A stretch of 18,085 nucleotides of DNA, taken from assembly GCF_006345805.1 (NCBI RefSeq), contig NW_021824585.1:1-18085 (forward strand), in the 5' to 3' direction. A program made the translations under genes and the position numbers. Positions 1-10,492 of this stretch are shown piece after piece. How positions within the stretch are numbered: the stretch's first letter is position 1; each line of letters starts with the position of its first letter. Below the pieces are notes generated by a model. It did no database searches and had not been told where the DNA came from. It saw only the letters and a program-made list of their open reading frames with translations. Origin of the DNA: Octopus sinensis. Its lineage: Eukaryota.

Positions 1-363
1 CACAGGATCGCTGTCTCACACATCGGTCGACTAACAGATGATAACAGCATTCTCCACTATGATGCGAAATAAATGACAGAAGTCCTGCAGAAGCCATATT
101 ACTCTACGTTAGTGAACCCGCATAAGAGCTTTCAACGAACTTCATCTTATTTCTGATGAAACGTTTACCGCCTCGGACATCATCGCAGTCATAAATGAAA
201 CCAAACATTAATCTGTAATAGGTCCTGGTAGATTCCCAGTTAATGTCTTGTAGAAATAAAGGCATCAGTTTGTATCCCTTTAACCAGCCTCTGCAGAAGA
301 TTATTAGATGCAGATTATATACCGAAAAACTTCTAATTCCAGTCTGTCGTATCATTCTTTATT
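1..363 (+). mobile_element. Degenerate CR1/L2-clade LINE ORF2 fragment (region just upstream of the RT domain), with stops and frameshifts
   Basis: Plus-strand frames give ISDETFTASDIIAVINETKH*SVIGPGRFPVNVL (from 137), then after a frameshift IPLTSLCRRLLDADYIPKNF*FQSVVSFFIK. This matches the typical LINE segment 'F..EDI..AI......SA.GPDGFP..LL...L..PL..L...SL..G.IP......V.P.FK'. It ends at a SINE at 364. Confidence 0.8.
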
Positions 364-596
364 AAGGCAGCGAGCTGGCAGAAACGTTAGCACGCCGGGC
401 GAAATGCTTAGCGGTATTTCGTCTGCTCTTACATTCTGAGTTCAAATTCCGCCGAGGTCGACTTTGCCTTTCATCCTTTCGGGGTCGATTAGATAAGTAC
501 AAGTTACGCACTGGGGTCGATGTAATCGACTTAATCCCTTTGTCTGTCCTTGTTTATCCCCTCTGTGTTTAGCCCCTTGTGGATAGTAAAGAAATA
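364..596 (+). mobile_element. tRNA-derived SINE, family A
   Basis: Head AAGGCAGCGAGCTGGCAGAAACG with B-box-like GAGTTCAAATTCC. Nearly the same as the copy at 17146-17378. Confidence 0.9.
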
Positions 597-780
597 GGTA
601 TTTCGTTTGCCGCTACGTTCTGAGTTCAAATTCCGCCGAGGTCGACTTTGCCTTTCATCCTTTCGGGGTCGATTAAATAAGTACCAGTTACGCACTGGGG
701 TCGATATAATCGACTTAATCTGTTTGTCTGTCCTTGTTCGTCTCATCTGTGTTTAGCCCCTTGTGGGTAGTAAAGAAACA
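597..780 (+). mobile_element. 5'-truncated tandem second copy of SINE family A
   Basis: Repeats 412-596 (GGTATTTCG...GTAGTAAAGAAA) head-to-tail. Confidence 0.9.
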
Positions 781-1195
781 AGAAGACATCTCAATATACG
801 TCAGGTTTCCTAAAATGCTAGAGGCACCGGATTCCAAGTCCAAGTTCACATCAAGGAAATCCATCGTCTTCTGTTTGATTTCCATTGTGAACTTGAGGGC
901 AAGGGAAATTATGGTGTTGGTGAGGTCCTTCCTAAGCCTGTCGAATATGCAGTGTTCACTCCTCATTTTATTGCAAGAGCATTGTCTCTGTTGAGGCCCA
1001 GAGCTAGTAGAAAAGAGTCTCAGTAAAGGCAAAACGAAAAAAAACCAACGAAATCACGTGATAGCATTGTCGAATGCACTTACCGCTACGTCGAAAAGAC
1101 CTACTGGGTCGGTGTGTATGGTCCCAGCGAATACTTTGATAAAGAATAGGGTTCCTCTGGTGTTCATAATGATCCATTTGAACTTACTTCTAATT
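781..1195 (-). mobile_element. Degenerate Penelope-like element (PLE) reverse transcriptase fragment
   Basis: Minus frames give KWIIMNTRGTLFF..GLFDVAVSAFDNA, GLNRDNALAI (degenerate GLYRDDGL), RLRKDLTNTIISLALKFTMEIKQKTMDFLDVNLDLESG and FRKPD. These are colinear with PLE RT motifs FDVxMGxxDGA / YRDD / FLDVxLDL / FRKP. Contains stops and frameshifts. Confidence 0.8.
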
Positions 1196-1198
1196 TGA

Positions 1199-1404
1199 GT
1201 AAGTTCATGCGTAAAACAACTGCTACCACAGTTTGTAATCTTTCCATTTTATCAATGTGTTATTAGAACACCAAAACAAGTTAGATTAAACAAAGAAACC
1301 TACTTTATTGAAAAATATAAGCCAAAACGTAACTATTTCTAGCATTTTTACATAAGGAAACTTACCACATTGAAAAATATAAACCAGAACTCAACCACTT
1401 CTAA
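1199..1404 (+). mobile_element. C-terminal end of a PLE GIY-YIG endonuclease, with the terminal segment duplicated
   Basis: 1199-1342 reads VSSCVKQLLPQFVIFPFYQCVIRTPKQVRLNKETYFIEKYKPKRNYF*. 1354-1404 repeats it as KETYHIEKYKPELNHF*. Resembles the 'IFPFY...R..KE..FI.K.KP.LN' terminus of C-terminal-EN PLEs. Confidence 0.7.
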
Positions 1405-1935
1405 CATGTTATTCTATCAAATCGAATCATGATAAATTGACAAAACCTAATCATTCCCAACATTTTCGATTACCTCCCTTATACCGAAAAAATTCCTGAT
1501 TACCTCTCCCCTGTTTCGAACTCTTCTACATCACACCAGAACAAAGAGATGACACAACATCGCTACAGAAATTTGAGAAATTTGAAAAGAGAATACGAAA
1601 CTGGTTTATTTCTCCAAAAAACAATGTCACTATGCACGAATTTTATATCATTTTCCTAACACGACGGTATTAATATACGTTTAAACCATATAATACAAAT
1701 CTTCTCTAGTTTTTTTCATTCTCTTTTGTTTATATATATATATCGGTTGTAAATAAAGCATGTATACACATTGCCAACCACACCTGAGTTCATGACCCCA
1801 TAATACACACATACGTGCGAACAAATTTCAATACAAACTACACAAAAGCTCTACAATACAATCACACAAACTTGAATCTACACATCCACGCATAATATAG
1901 AATAAACGCATATATACTTTCCAACGAAAGTACAT

Positions 1936-2159
1936 ACTCTTTTACTTGTTTCGGTCATTTGACTGCGGCTATGCTGGAGCACCGCCTTTAATCGGGCAAA
2001 TCGACCCCAGGACTTATTCTCTGGAAGTCTAGTACTTATTCTATCGGTCTGTTTTGTGGAACGGCTAAGTTACGGGGACGTAAACAGACCACCATCGGTT
2101 GTGAAGCGATGCTGGGGGGACAATCACATACACACAAACATACACACACACATACATAC

Positions 2160-2194
<35 letters not shown>

Positions 2195-2316
2195 CATATA
2201 TACGACGGGCTTCCTTCAGTTTCCGTCAACCAAATCCACTCAAATGGCTTTGGTTGTCAAGCGATTCTGGGGGGACAAACACAGACACACAAACATGTAT
2301 ACACACATACTTAAAT

Positions 2317-2350
<34 letters not shown>

Positions 2351-2451
2351 GACGGGCTTTGGTCGGCCCGAGGCTATAGTAGAAGACACTTGCCCAAGGT
2401 GCCACAGAGTGGGAATGAACCTGGAACCATGTGGTTGGCACCACACAGCCA
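1936..2451 (-). mobile_element. tRNA-derived SINE, family B, with internal microsatellite and an internal duplication
   Basis: Colinear (reverse complement) with the plus copy at 15605-16028. Tail ACTCTTTTACTTG at 1936. Confidence 0.9.
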
Positions 2452-2496
2452 TACATACATACATACATACATACATACATACATACATACATACAA

Positions 2497-2527
<31 letters not shown>

Positions 2528-2570
2528 GAAATACATAAATACATACATACATACAGACAAACATATATAC
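2451..2570. repeat. (CATA)n microsatellite
   Basis: Direct reading. Confidence 0.95.
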
Positions 2571-3104
2571 GTACATGCGCGTACGTGTAATGGGAATGTG
2601 CTACTCATATTCCTGTATTTGTACGCATGCTTTAGGCTATTTGCATGTTGACACAAACGAGCGTTTGGAATTTTGCTTATTACTTTCTTATAGAACTTGT
2701 TGAGCTTGAATCTAACTATAATGACAGTAGGCACAGATAAAGTGGTGGTAGAGGGAAGAGGTAATCAGAATGAGAGCTAAAAAGCAAGAGAAATGTATGG
2801 GGGTGGCTTGTTTGGAAATCTCTGTTTTCAACCTCTTTTAGCTGTTGTACATAACTTTTGTCGTGTATGATATAAACTGTTGTCGTATATAAAATGTGTG
2901 CGTATGCTAGTAAATGTATGTGTGGGTGTGTGAGCGATAGAAGGGAAGGGGGTCTGGTAGACATATGGGAAAAGAGAACTAGAGAGAAGGAAAAAGACAA
3001 AGGATAAAGTTAATAACTAAGAGTTACAGTGCCTTCTTTTCGCCGTCTTCCCAGCTCTGTACCAATCCTTTTTTGTTGTTCTTTTTCTTTCTATCGCTTT
3101 ATCT

Positions 3105-3159
3105 CACACACACACACACACACACTCACACACACACACACACTCACACACACACACAC

Positions 3160-3226
<67 letters not shown>
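3105..3226. repeat. (CA)n followed by (TA)n microsatellite
   Basis: Direct reading. Confidence 0.95.
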
Positions 3227-3240
3227 CCACTACATACATT

Positions 3241-3378
3241 TTTTTCCGTATTCCATTTTTGTAGAAGAGCGTTGGCTCGAAACGTTAAAGACTTTTTCTA
3301 TTCCTGAGCGTTATCCTCATACATCTGTTTGTTTGTACACCATCTGTCTTTGTCTTTTGTTTCTTTCGTAAACTCTCC
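3241..3378 (+). mobile_element. HHR-module family 1, degenerate core (PLE pseudo-LTR-like), ending in (TA)n
   Basis: TTGTAGA-A-GAGC-GTTG-GCTC-GAAAC-GTT-AAAG at 3259-3290, then TTCCTGAGCG and a pyrimidine-rich tail into (TA)n at 3379. Homologous to 8113-8259 and 13087-13222. Confidence 0.7.
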
Positions 3379-3807
3379 TATATATATATATATATATAAT
3401 ATATATTATATATATATATTATATATATAATATATTATATATATATATATATATAGGTTAGTTAAGTTAAAGCGTAAAAGAACCGTCTAATGGATAGAAG
3501 TATCCATTACATTACCAGTATATTACCTATTATTTAACAATGGGCATACATATGCAAATATTTTTTGCTCATAAGTTATAGGTAAAGACACGGATAAAAA
3601 TGGGTTTATCAAAAATCAAAATTTAAAGAAAACAGAATATGGAGAAGTACTGAGGAGCATTACTTATCAATGGTAATACCAAACAGCATTGGAAGCAGAA
3701 ACAGCTGTTAGATGAGATGCAATTTATTTGCATTGAATTAATAAGTAATTGTTGAATGATGTAAGTCAATTGTTGTTAATCAGTACTTCTCCGTGTTCTG
3801 TTAGATA

Positions 3808-4355
<548 letters not shown>

Positions 4356-4365
4356 ATCTGCCTCT

Positions 4366-4605
4366 CTCTTACTCTTTTACTTGTTTTCAGTCCTTTGACT
4401 GCGGCCATGCAGAAGCACCGCCTTTAGTCGAGCAAATCGATCCCAGGACTTATTCTTTCTAAGCCTAGTACTTATTCTATCGATCACGTTTTTCCGAACC
4501 GCTAAGTTATGGGGAAGCAAACACACCAGCATTGGTTGTCAAGCGATGTTGGTGGGGGGAAAAACACAGACACACAAATACACACACACACACACACACA
4601 CACAG

Positions 4606-4642
<37 letters not shown>

Positions 4643-4798
4643 CATAAATACGACGGGCTTCTTTCAGTTTCCGTCTACCAAATCCACTCACAAGGCTTTG
4701 GTCGGCTCGAGGCTATAGTAGAAGACACTTGCCCAAAGTACCACGCAGTCAGACTGAACCCGGAACCATGTGGCTGGTAAGCAAGCTACTTACCACAC
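4366..4798 (-). mobile_element. SINE family B
   Basis: Same body as the other family B copies. The 5' head is cut at ACCACAC. Confidence 0.9.
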
Positions 4799-4924
4799 AC
4801 ACACACACACACGTGTGTGTGTTGTTAAACATGACTCTTGTTATAGATATTAAACATCTGTAAAGCTTGTAACTGTAAAGCTCCAGTTAATGAGTTTACA
4901 AATGTGATGCATCAAATTGTTTTA

Positions 4925-5070
4925 TGTCTGTCTACGTTCTGAGTTCAAATCCCGCCGAGGTCGACCTTACCTTTCATCCCTTTCTGGATCGATAAAATAT
5001 GTACCACTGGAGTCAATGTAATCGATTTACCCCCTCCCCGAAATTGCTGGCCTTCCGCCAAAATTTGAAA
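4925..5070 (+). mobile_element. 5'-truncated SINE family A variant with an alternative tail
   Basis: GTTCTGAGTTCAAATCCCGCCGAGGTCGACC... then tail AAATTGCTGGCCTT..CAAAATTTG, like 16717-16920. Confidence 0.8.
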
Positions 5071-5075
5071 TCTCC

Positions 5076-5081
5076 ATTATA

Positions 5082-5138
<57 letters not shown>

Positions 5139-5158
5139 TATTGTTATTGTTATTATTG
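5076..5158. repeat. (TTA)n microsatellite
   Basis: Direct reading. Confidence 0.95.
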
Positions 5159-5685
5159 AGTGAGAGAACAGTGCATGCCATCAAAGTGACACTGAGGGAC
5201 AAATATACAAAGCTTAATATACCCATCATGACTACCTGCCTGATAAGGGTACAGCAGGCATGTGCATCTCAACCATATGAGCGTGGAATAGCGATCTCAT
5301 ATCGAGATAACCAGTCTATGACCTTGCAGGTGGAGCCCAGAATTTTCTTCAGGCTGAGTAGCCCGTCCTGCACAAATGGTCCCTGAATAATGTTTAAGAA
5401 TGATGAATGAAACATGCATGTTTCCAGAGGTGAATTATTCAAACCCCAAAGAATCCCTCTCAACACATGGCTATAATGTTTCCCCATTACTTCTGCTCGT
5501 GACCAAAGATGCACATATCCTCAGTCACCAAGGGACATGCTCAACTGGTTAACGTCAAACAACTGACAAGCAAATCTGTGATATCCAGCAGAATAATTGC
5601 TGTAGCCAAAACAAAACATGTAAATATGATAACACTTCCAATCATTTAAGATCAGAAGCCACGACGACAGCCACTGCATGGTACC
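5159..5685 (-). mobile_element. Probable retroposon 3' region with (AAT)n tail
   Basis: Non-coding higher-GC block bounded by TTA repeats on both sides, reading ...CACTGTTCTCTCACTC-(AAT)n on the minus strand. I recall it as an abundant octopus repeat; only one copy is in the window. Confidence 0.5.
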
Positions 5686-5719
5686 GAATTATTATTATTA
5701 TTATTATTTTTTTTTTTTT

Positions 5720-5967
5720 AAATTTATTGCCTTTGCACAGCGTCTAACGCTGGAAATGTACTACAGTGTCAGCTGTTCACTACCAGTGCACTAATGTAAC
5801 ACCTCTTATTTTTCGAGCACCTTCCGGAGTATTCGAGCAGTTCCAAGCAGTGCTGTTTTCTGCAAGTGCTCCACCCTTATTTGCAGTCCCTATTTGCTCC
5901 CACGTACTTCTCGGGATTTTTGCTCACTGTTTGCTGGGCTCCGACAATTATTGGTATTACTGCTACC
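5720..5967 (-). mobile_element. 3' end of an R4/Dong-like (restriction-like endonuclease) LINE
   Basis: Minus: VAVIPIIVGAQQTVSKNPEKY, frameshift, IRVEHLQKTALLGTARILRKVLEK* (stop 5808-5806), matching the 'VVP.V.GALG....QK.A.LGTA.ILR..L' terminus. A short 3' UTR, poly(A) and (AAT)n follow. Confidence 0.8.
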
Positions 5968-6439
5968 TTTTTCATTATTATCATTGTTGTTTTTGTTGTT
6001 GATGTTGTTGTTGTTGTTGTTGTTCATTATGTACATTTATTCATTTTTTCTTTTCAATTTTAGAAAATCGGACCATATGTTTGACAATTCGGAAGTGCAT
6101 TGAACTTATTTTTTGTATGACTTTTGGTCCATCCTGTGTATTTCAAATGTATGGTATACAAATTCGTATAGCCATTACAATTGCGTTCTAGATTATAACT
6201 GATTTAAATCCCGATTTATTATAAGGTCTTTTAACTTCTGAGAAGTGTTCAATGACTCGAAAAACGTTTCAAAAAGATCGACTTTTTACTTTTCTGTGCA
6301 AGACAAGACTAACATTGTGCTTACATTTATTTAAGTTCTACAGTCGAAGGTTTGAAAAAAATTATGGTTGAACTACTTTCAATTTATCTCACGAGAAAGA
6401 GGCCACAATGACTGCGATGCCTTGCTTGTCGTTTATATG

Positions 6440-6588
6440 TGTACATGTCAATGTATGTTTGTATGTATATATGTATCTATGTATATATATATATGAGTGT
6501 ATATATATATATGAAGTAATATGTTATTTATCACATTGAATACATATAATATACATATACATGCATATATATTATATATATATATATA

Positions 6589-6638
<50 letters not shown>

Positions 6639-7110
6639 GTAATTGGTTTTATTTAACACATATGAGTATATGTAAGTATACATATACATACATGCATACA
6701 CATACAATATATATTTGTGTATGTGATTGTATGTATATTTATGAGTATGTATATATGTGTGTAGTTATATACATATACATATATACACGCATGTGTGCTT
6801 ATATACATATAAATATATACACACATATATATATGCATGCATATATGTGTGTATACTTATATAGATATACATATATAAACACATGCATACACACATATAT
6901 ATATAGAGAGAGGGGTGGAGAGAGGGGGACATATCTATACACATGTGCGTGTATGTGTGCGTATATTTATACACACACGTACAAATTATATAGATATGCA
7001 CTTTTCTATGTGTATATTTGTGTGTGTGCGCGTGTATATGTGTTTTAAATATATATATATATGTGTAGACACGACACACATAAACACACACACACACACA
7101 CTCACCTATA
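6440..7110. repeat. Mixed (TA)/(TG)/(CA) low-complexity tract
   Basis: Direct reading. Confidence 0.9.
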
Positions 7111-7588
7111 TATGCATAACTCCTTCCACTGATGTTTAAACCATCTGTGTATACACCCGCACACTTACACGTCTACATACGCACACGTACACAGGATTGT
7201 AACACTTGCCCTTCTCATGCTTATAGAGACATTCTTACAATACTGTCATAATTAGGGAATATTTGAAACAGATAAGCATTGACATTAAAGAACATATAAC
7301 ATATATAGATCCACACACCTACTTCTTTATCTTCTCTAGTCCCTCGTCCTGTACACACACACACACACAAACACACGCACACATACACGTACATACACAT
7401 ATATGTGTATGTGTATAGAAATATACTTACAGATATATGCTTCAATATGTGATAAATACTCCCCCTTTAGCTGTATATTCTTGATCCTGTCTTTGAATTC
7501 AGCTTTGACTTATGTCTTAAGTATAGGTTCTCACAGACAACCAGTAAATACGTGCGTAGATATGTAGTATTGTAGTATGTTAACAACG

Positions 7589-7626
<38 letters not shown>

Positions 7627-7650
7627 CTTGCGTGTGTGTGTATGTATGTT

Positions 7651-7693
<43 letters not shown>

Positions 7694-7694
<1 letters not shown>

Positions 7695-7800
7695 ACGGGA
7701 AGGTTTACGAAAATAAACAAAAGACGAAGGCAGGTGGAGTACAAACAAACAAATGTATTAGTATGGCACTCAGGAATAGAAATAGAACAAGACTTTTCGA
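7694..7800 (-). mobile_element. Truncated HHR-module family 1 tail
   Basis: Reverse complement reads TCGAAAAGTCTTG...TTCCTGAGTGCCATACTAATAC...CTTCCCGTTATATA, homologous to 8136-8265. Confidence 0.8.
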
Positions 7801-7990
7801 TTCCTGGACCGGGCGAAGCGTTGTGTTCTTGAGCAAAACACATCATTTCACGTTGCTCCAGTCCACTCAGCTGGCGAAAATGAGTAAAGCTGCGATGGAC
7901 TGGCATCCTGTCCAGCTGGGGAACACATACACCATAGAAACCGGGAAACCGAGCCTGCGAGTCTCGCTAGGCTTTAAAAGGGACCATTTA
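7795..7990 (+). mobile_element. SINE fragment, family D, starting at its B box
   Basis: TTCGATTCCTGGACCGGGC (B-box-like), then CTTGAGCAAAACAC..CAGTCCACTCAGCTG and GCGATGGACTGGCATCCTGTCCAG, resembling conserved SINE central domains. Confidence 0.6.
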
Positions 7991-8049
7991 TTTATTATAT
8001 ATAATATATATATTATATATATTATATATATATATCGCCATGTTAATCG

Positions 8050-8259
8050 TTAGTTTACTGCACCTTTTTTTTTTCTCCTCTCCTTGTTTCTGTGTTTTTT
8101 TTCTCTCTGTGTTCTTTCTGTTGAAGAGCGTAGGCTCGAAACGTTAAAGACTGTGTTTTATTTATATTTCCTGAGCGCCATACTAATACAATTGTTTGTT
8201 GTTTCCCACCTTTGTCTTTGGTCTTTTCGTCTTTTGTCTATTTTCATAAAGCTTCCCGT
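8050..8259 (+). mobile_element. HHR-module family 1 (core variant CUGUUGA), ending in (TA)n
   Basis: TCTTT-CTGTTGA-A-GAGC-GTAG-GCTC-GAAAC-GTT-AAAGA at 8113-8150. (TA)n starts at 8260. Confidence 0.75.
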
Positions 8260-8299
8260 TATATATATATATAATATATATATATATAAGATATATATC

Positions 8300-8330
<31 letters not shown>

Positions 8331-8344
8331 AATATATATATAAT

Positions 8345-8640
8345 GGAGGCGCAATGCCCAGTGGTTAAGGCAACGGACTCGCGGTCGTAGGATCGCGGTT
8401 CCGATTCCCAGACCGGGCGTTGTGAGTGTTTATTGAGCGAAAAACACCTAAAAGCTCCACGAGGCTCCGGCAGGGGGGGGGGTGATCCCTGCTGTACTCT
8501 TTCACCACTCTTTCTCACACTCTTTCCTCTGTTGGCCTGCTCGCTTAGCCAGCGGGGTGGCGTCATTCGAAGGCTAAAACAATGCGAACGCATTGTGACC
8601 ATCGATGTGTAACTACATCTGATGGACTGATCACGTGATA
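8345..8640 (+). mobile_element. tRNA-derived SINE, family C, short-tail variant
   Basis: Head GGAGGCGCAATGCCCAGTGG...GGTTCCGATTCC, colinear with 16250-16435, then a different tail. Confidence 0.85.
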
Positions 8641-9060
8641 TATATATATATATATATTACATATACATATATATGCATATTATATATGTGTGTATGTATT
8701 ATATATATACATACACACACACACACACATATATAATATATATATAGATATATATATATTATATATATATATATTATATATAATATATATACACTCTAAT
8801 ATTATATATATAAATAATTGCCTTGCCTTAATTTTTGACGTCCTGTTTAAAAATTATAGATCTGCTGAATCGGCTATAACCTTGGAGTCCCAGTAATCCG
8901 TTACAGTACTTACCTAGCGTACCTAATCGTTTAGATCACCTGTGAACTAAACCCCCATACTTTGTATACACGCACACACATACATACATATATGTATATA
9001 TATATATATACATACATATATATACATCTAAAGTGTAGGTGGCATACGAGTGGGTATATA

Positions 9061-9770
9061 TTTATAAAAAAGAAGTTTGAAAACGCCACTATGTAAGATA
9101 AATTTTCATATTCTTAGAGATTTTACATGTTTCGGTTCTTCTTGAAAAAATGAACCTTACCAAAAATATCTTAAAAAGTTAAGTGTAATAAAAAAGTTCA
9201 GAATTGTTTCTTAGTAGTCTCAACAGAATCCACGTGTTGGTGTTTTGTGGTGGCGGGGTGCATAATGGCTGTCTTGTGCGTTGACTAGAATCGTTGGCTG
9301 TAATTGTGAAAGTGACCGTTGATTGTAATAGCAGAAGTAGCAGAGACCGTTGGTCGTAGTAGTAGTAGTAGTGACCGCGGTGGATGTGGTGGTGGTGGTG
9401 GTGGTGGTTGTAGCAGCAGTTCATTGGCTGTAGTAGTAGTAGTAGTAGTAGCAGCTGTAAGAGTGACCGTTAGCTGTAATGGCAGCAGTGGAAGAGACTT
9501 GGTCGTAGTAGTAGCAGTGACCGTGTTGGTTGGAGTTGTAGCAGTAGTTCAACGCATAAGACAGCCATCATGCCCCCCCCCCATAAAACACCACCACGTG
9601 GACTCTATTGAGACTACTAAGAAACAATTTTGAACTTTTTTATTACACTTAACATTTAAAATATTTTTGATAAGGTTCGTTTTTTCAAGAAAAACCGAAA
9701 CAAGTAAAATCTCTAAGGAACTTAGAATTTATCTTATATAGTGGCGTTTTCAAACTTATTTCATATATAA
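9061..9770. mobile_element. Foldback-like element: long inverted arms around a simple-repeat core
   Basis: 9061-9287 is the reverse complement of 9545-9770 with scattered substitutions. Exact blocks: 9073-9092/9738-9757 and 9179-9200/9631-9652. Confidence 0.85.
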
Positions 9771-9996
9771 AGTAGATGTAGGGGTTTTTTTAAATCAAAG
9801 CTGGACCTCTTCCTGTCGAGAGTCCCAGATGAGCCTACCTCACGGCAAGGGGTGCAAATGAGGGTAGCTATATCAAACTCCATTCTTCATCAAGTGCCAC
9901 ATATTAGAGGAGGCTCCTAATAATAACAGTGTAGCGCAAAACGGCGGAGCATCAGCATGGCCGCAGCTCTTAGCTGAAACTTAAAAAAAGAAAAGA
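9769..9996 (+). mobile_element. 3' end of a CR1/L2-clade LINE (ORF2 C-terminus, 3' UTR stem-loop, A-rich tail)
   Basis: KVDVGVF(frameshift)KSKLDLFLSRVPDEPTSRQGVQMRVAISNSILHQVPHIRGGS* (stop 9918-9920) matches 'FK..LD.FL..VPDEP...RAA.SNS..HQ'. Hairpin CAGCT-CTT-AGCTG at 9964-9976. Confidence 0.85.
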
Positions 9997-10003
9997 ATAT
10001 ATA

Positions 10004-10259
10004 TATATATTCTGTATTTTGAAATAATAATAACATGAAATTCAATATCAAAAAAATTCCTCACGAATATATATATGTTTAAAATAGTATTGTATTAACA
10101 ATATATGTAAATATATGAAACATGACAAATTTTTAAACTGTCATGTTTCATATATTTACATATAATTTTAGTACAATACTATTTTAGACATATATATATT
10201 TGTGAGGTATTTTTTTGATATTTAATTTCTTGCTATTATTTCAAAGTACAGAATATATA
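10004..10259. repeat. AT-rich palindrome (MITE-like), about 256 bp
   Basis: Arms 10004-10127 and 10139-10259 are complementary. Inner 26 bp are exact (10102-10127/10139-10164), with an 11-nt loop. Confidence 0.9.
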
Positions 10260-10457
10260 ATCACTTGTATTAATGTCTAAATACTTTATAGTATTAATAT
10301 TTTTGACATTTTATACAAAGAGAACTCATTATAAATTCAATGTATAATATTCAAACAGAATATATTTAATTAATGATATGCATATATATATACATATATG
10401 TATATATATATATATTATATATATATATATATATATATTATATAATATTATATATAT

Positions 10458-10491
<34 letters not shown>

Positions 10492-10492
<1 letters not shown>

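Noticed and set aside
153-166. CTGATGAAACGTT looks like a hammerhead core
   Set aside because: There is no stem II between CUGAUGA and GAAA, and it lies inside LINE coding sequence.
2575-2734. Minus peptide ...KIPNARLCQHANSLKHAYKYRNMSSTFPLH, faintly like a PLE GIY-YIG segment
   Set aside because: Too few conserved residues to support without an alignment search.
5346-5524. Minus-strand CUGAAGA (5352-5346) and CUGAGGA (5524-5518)
   Set aside because: Neither has a correctly placed GAAA or stems I/III.
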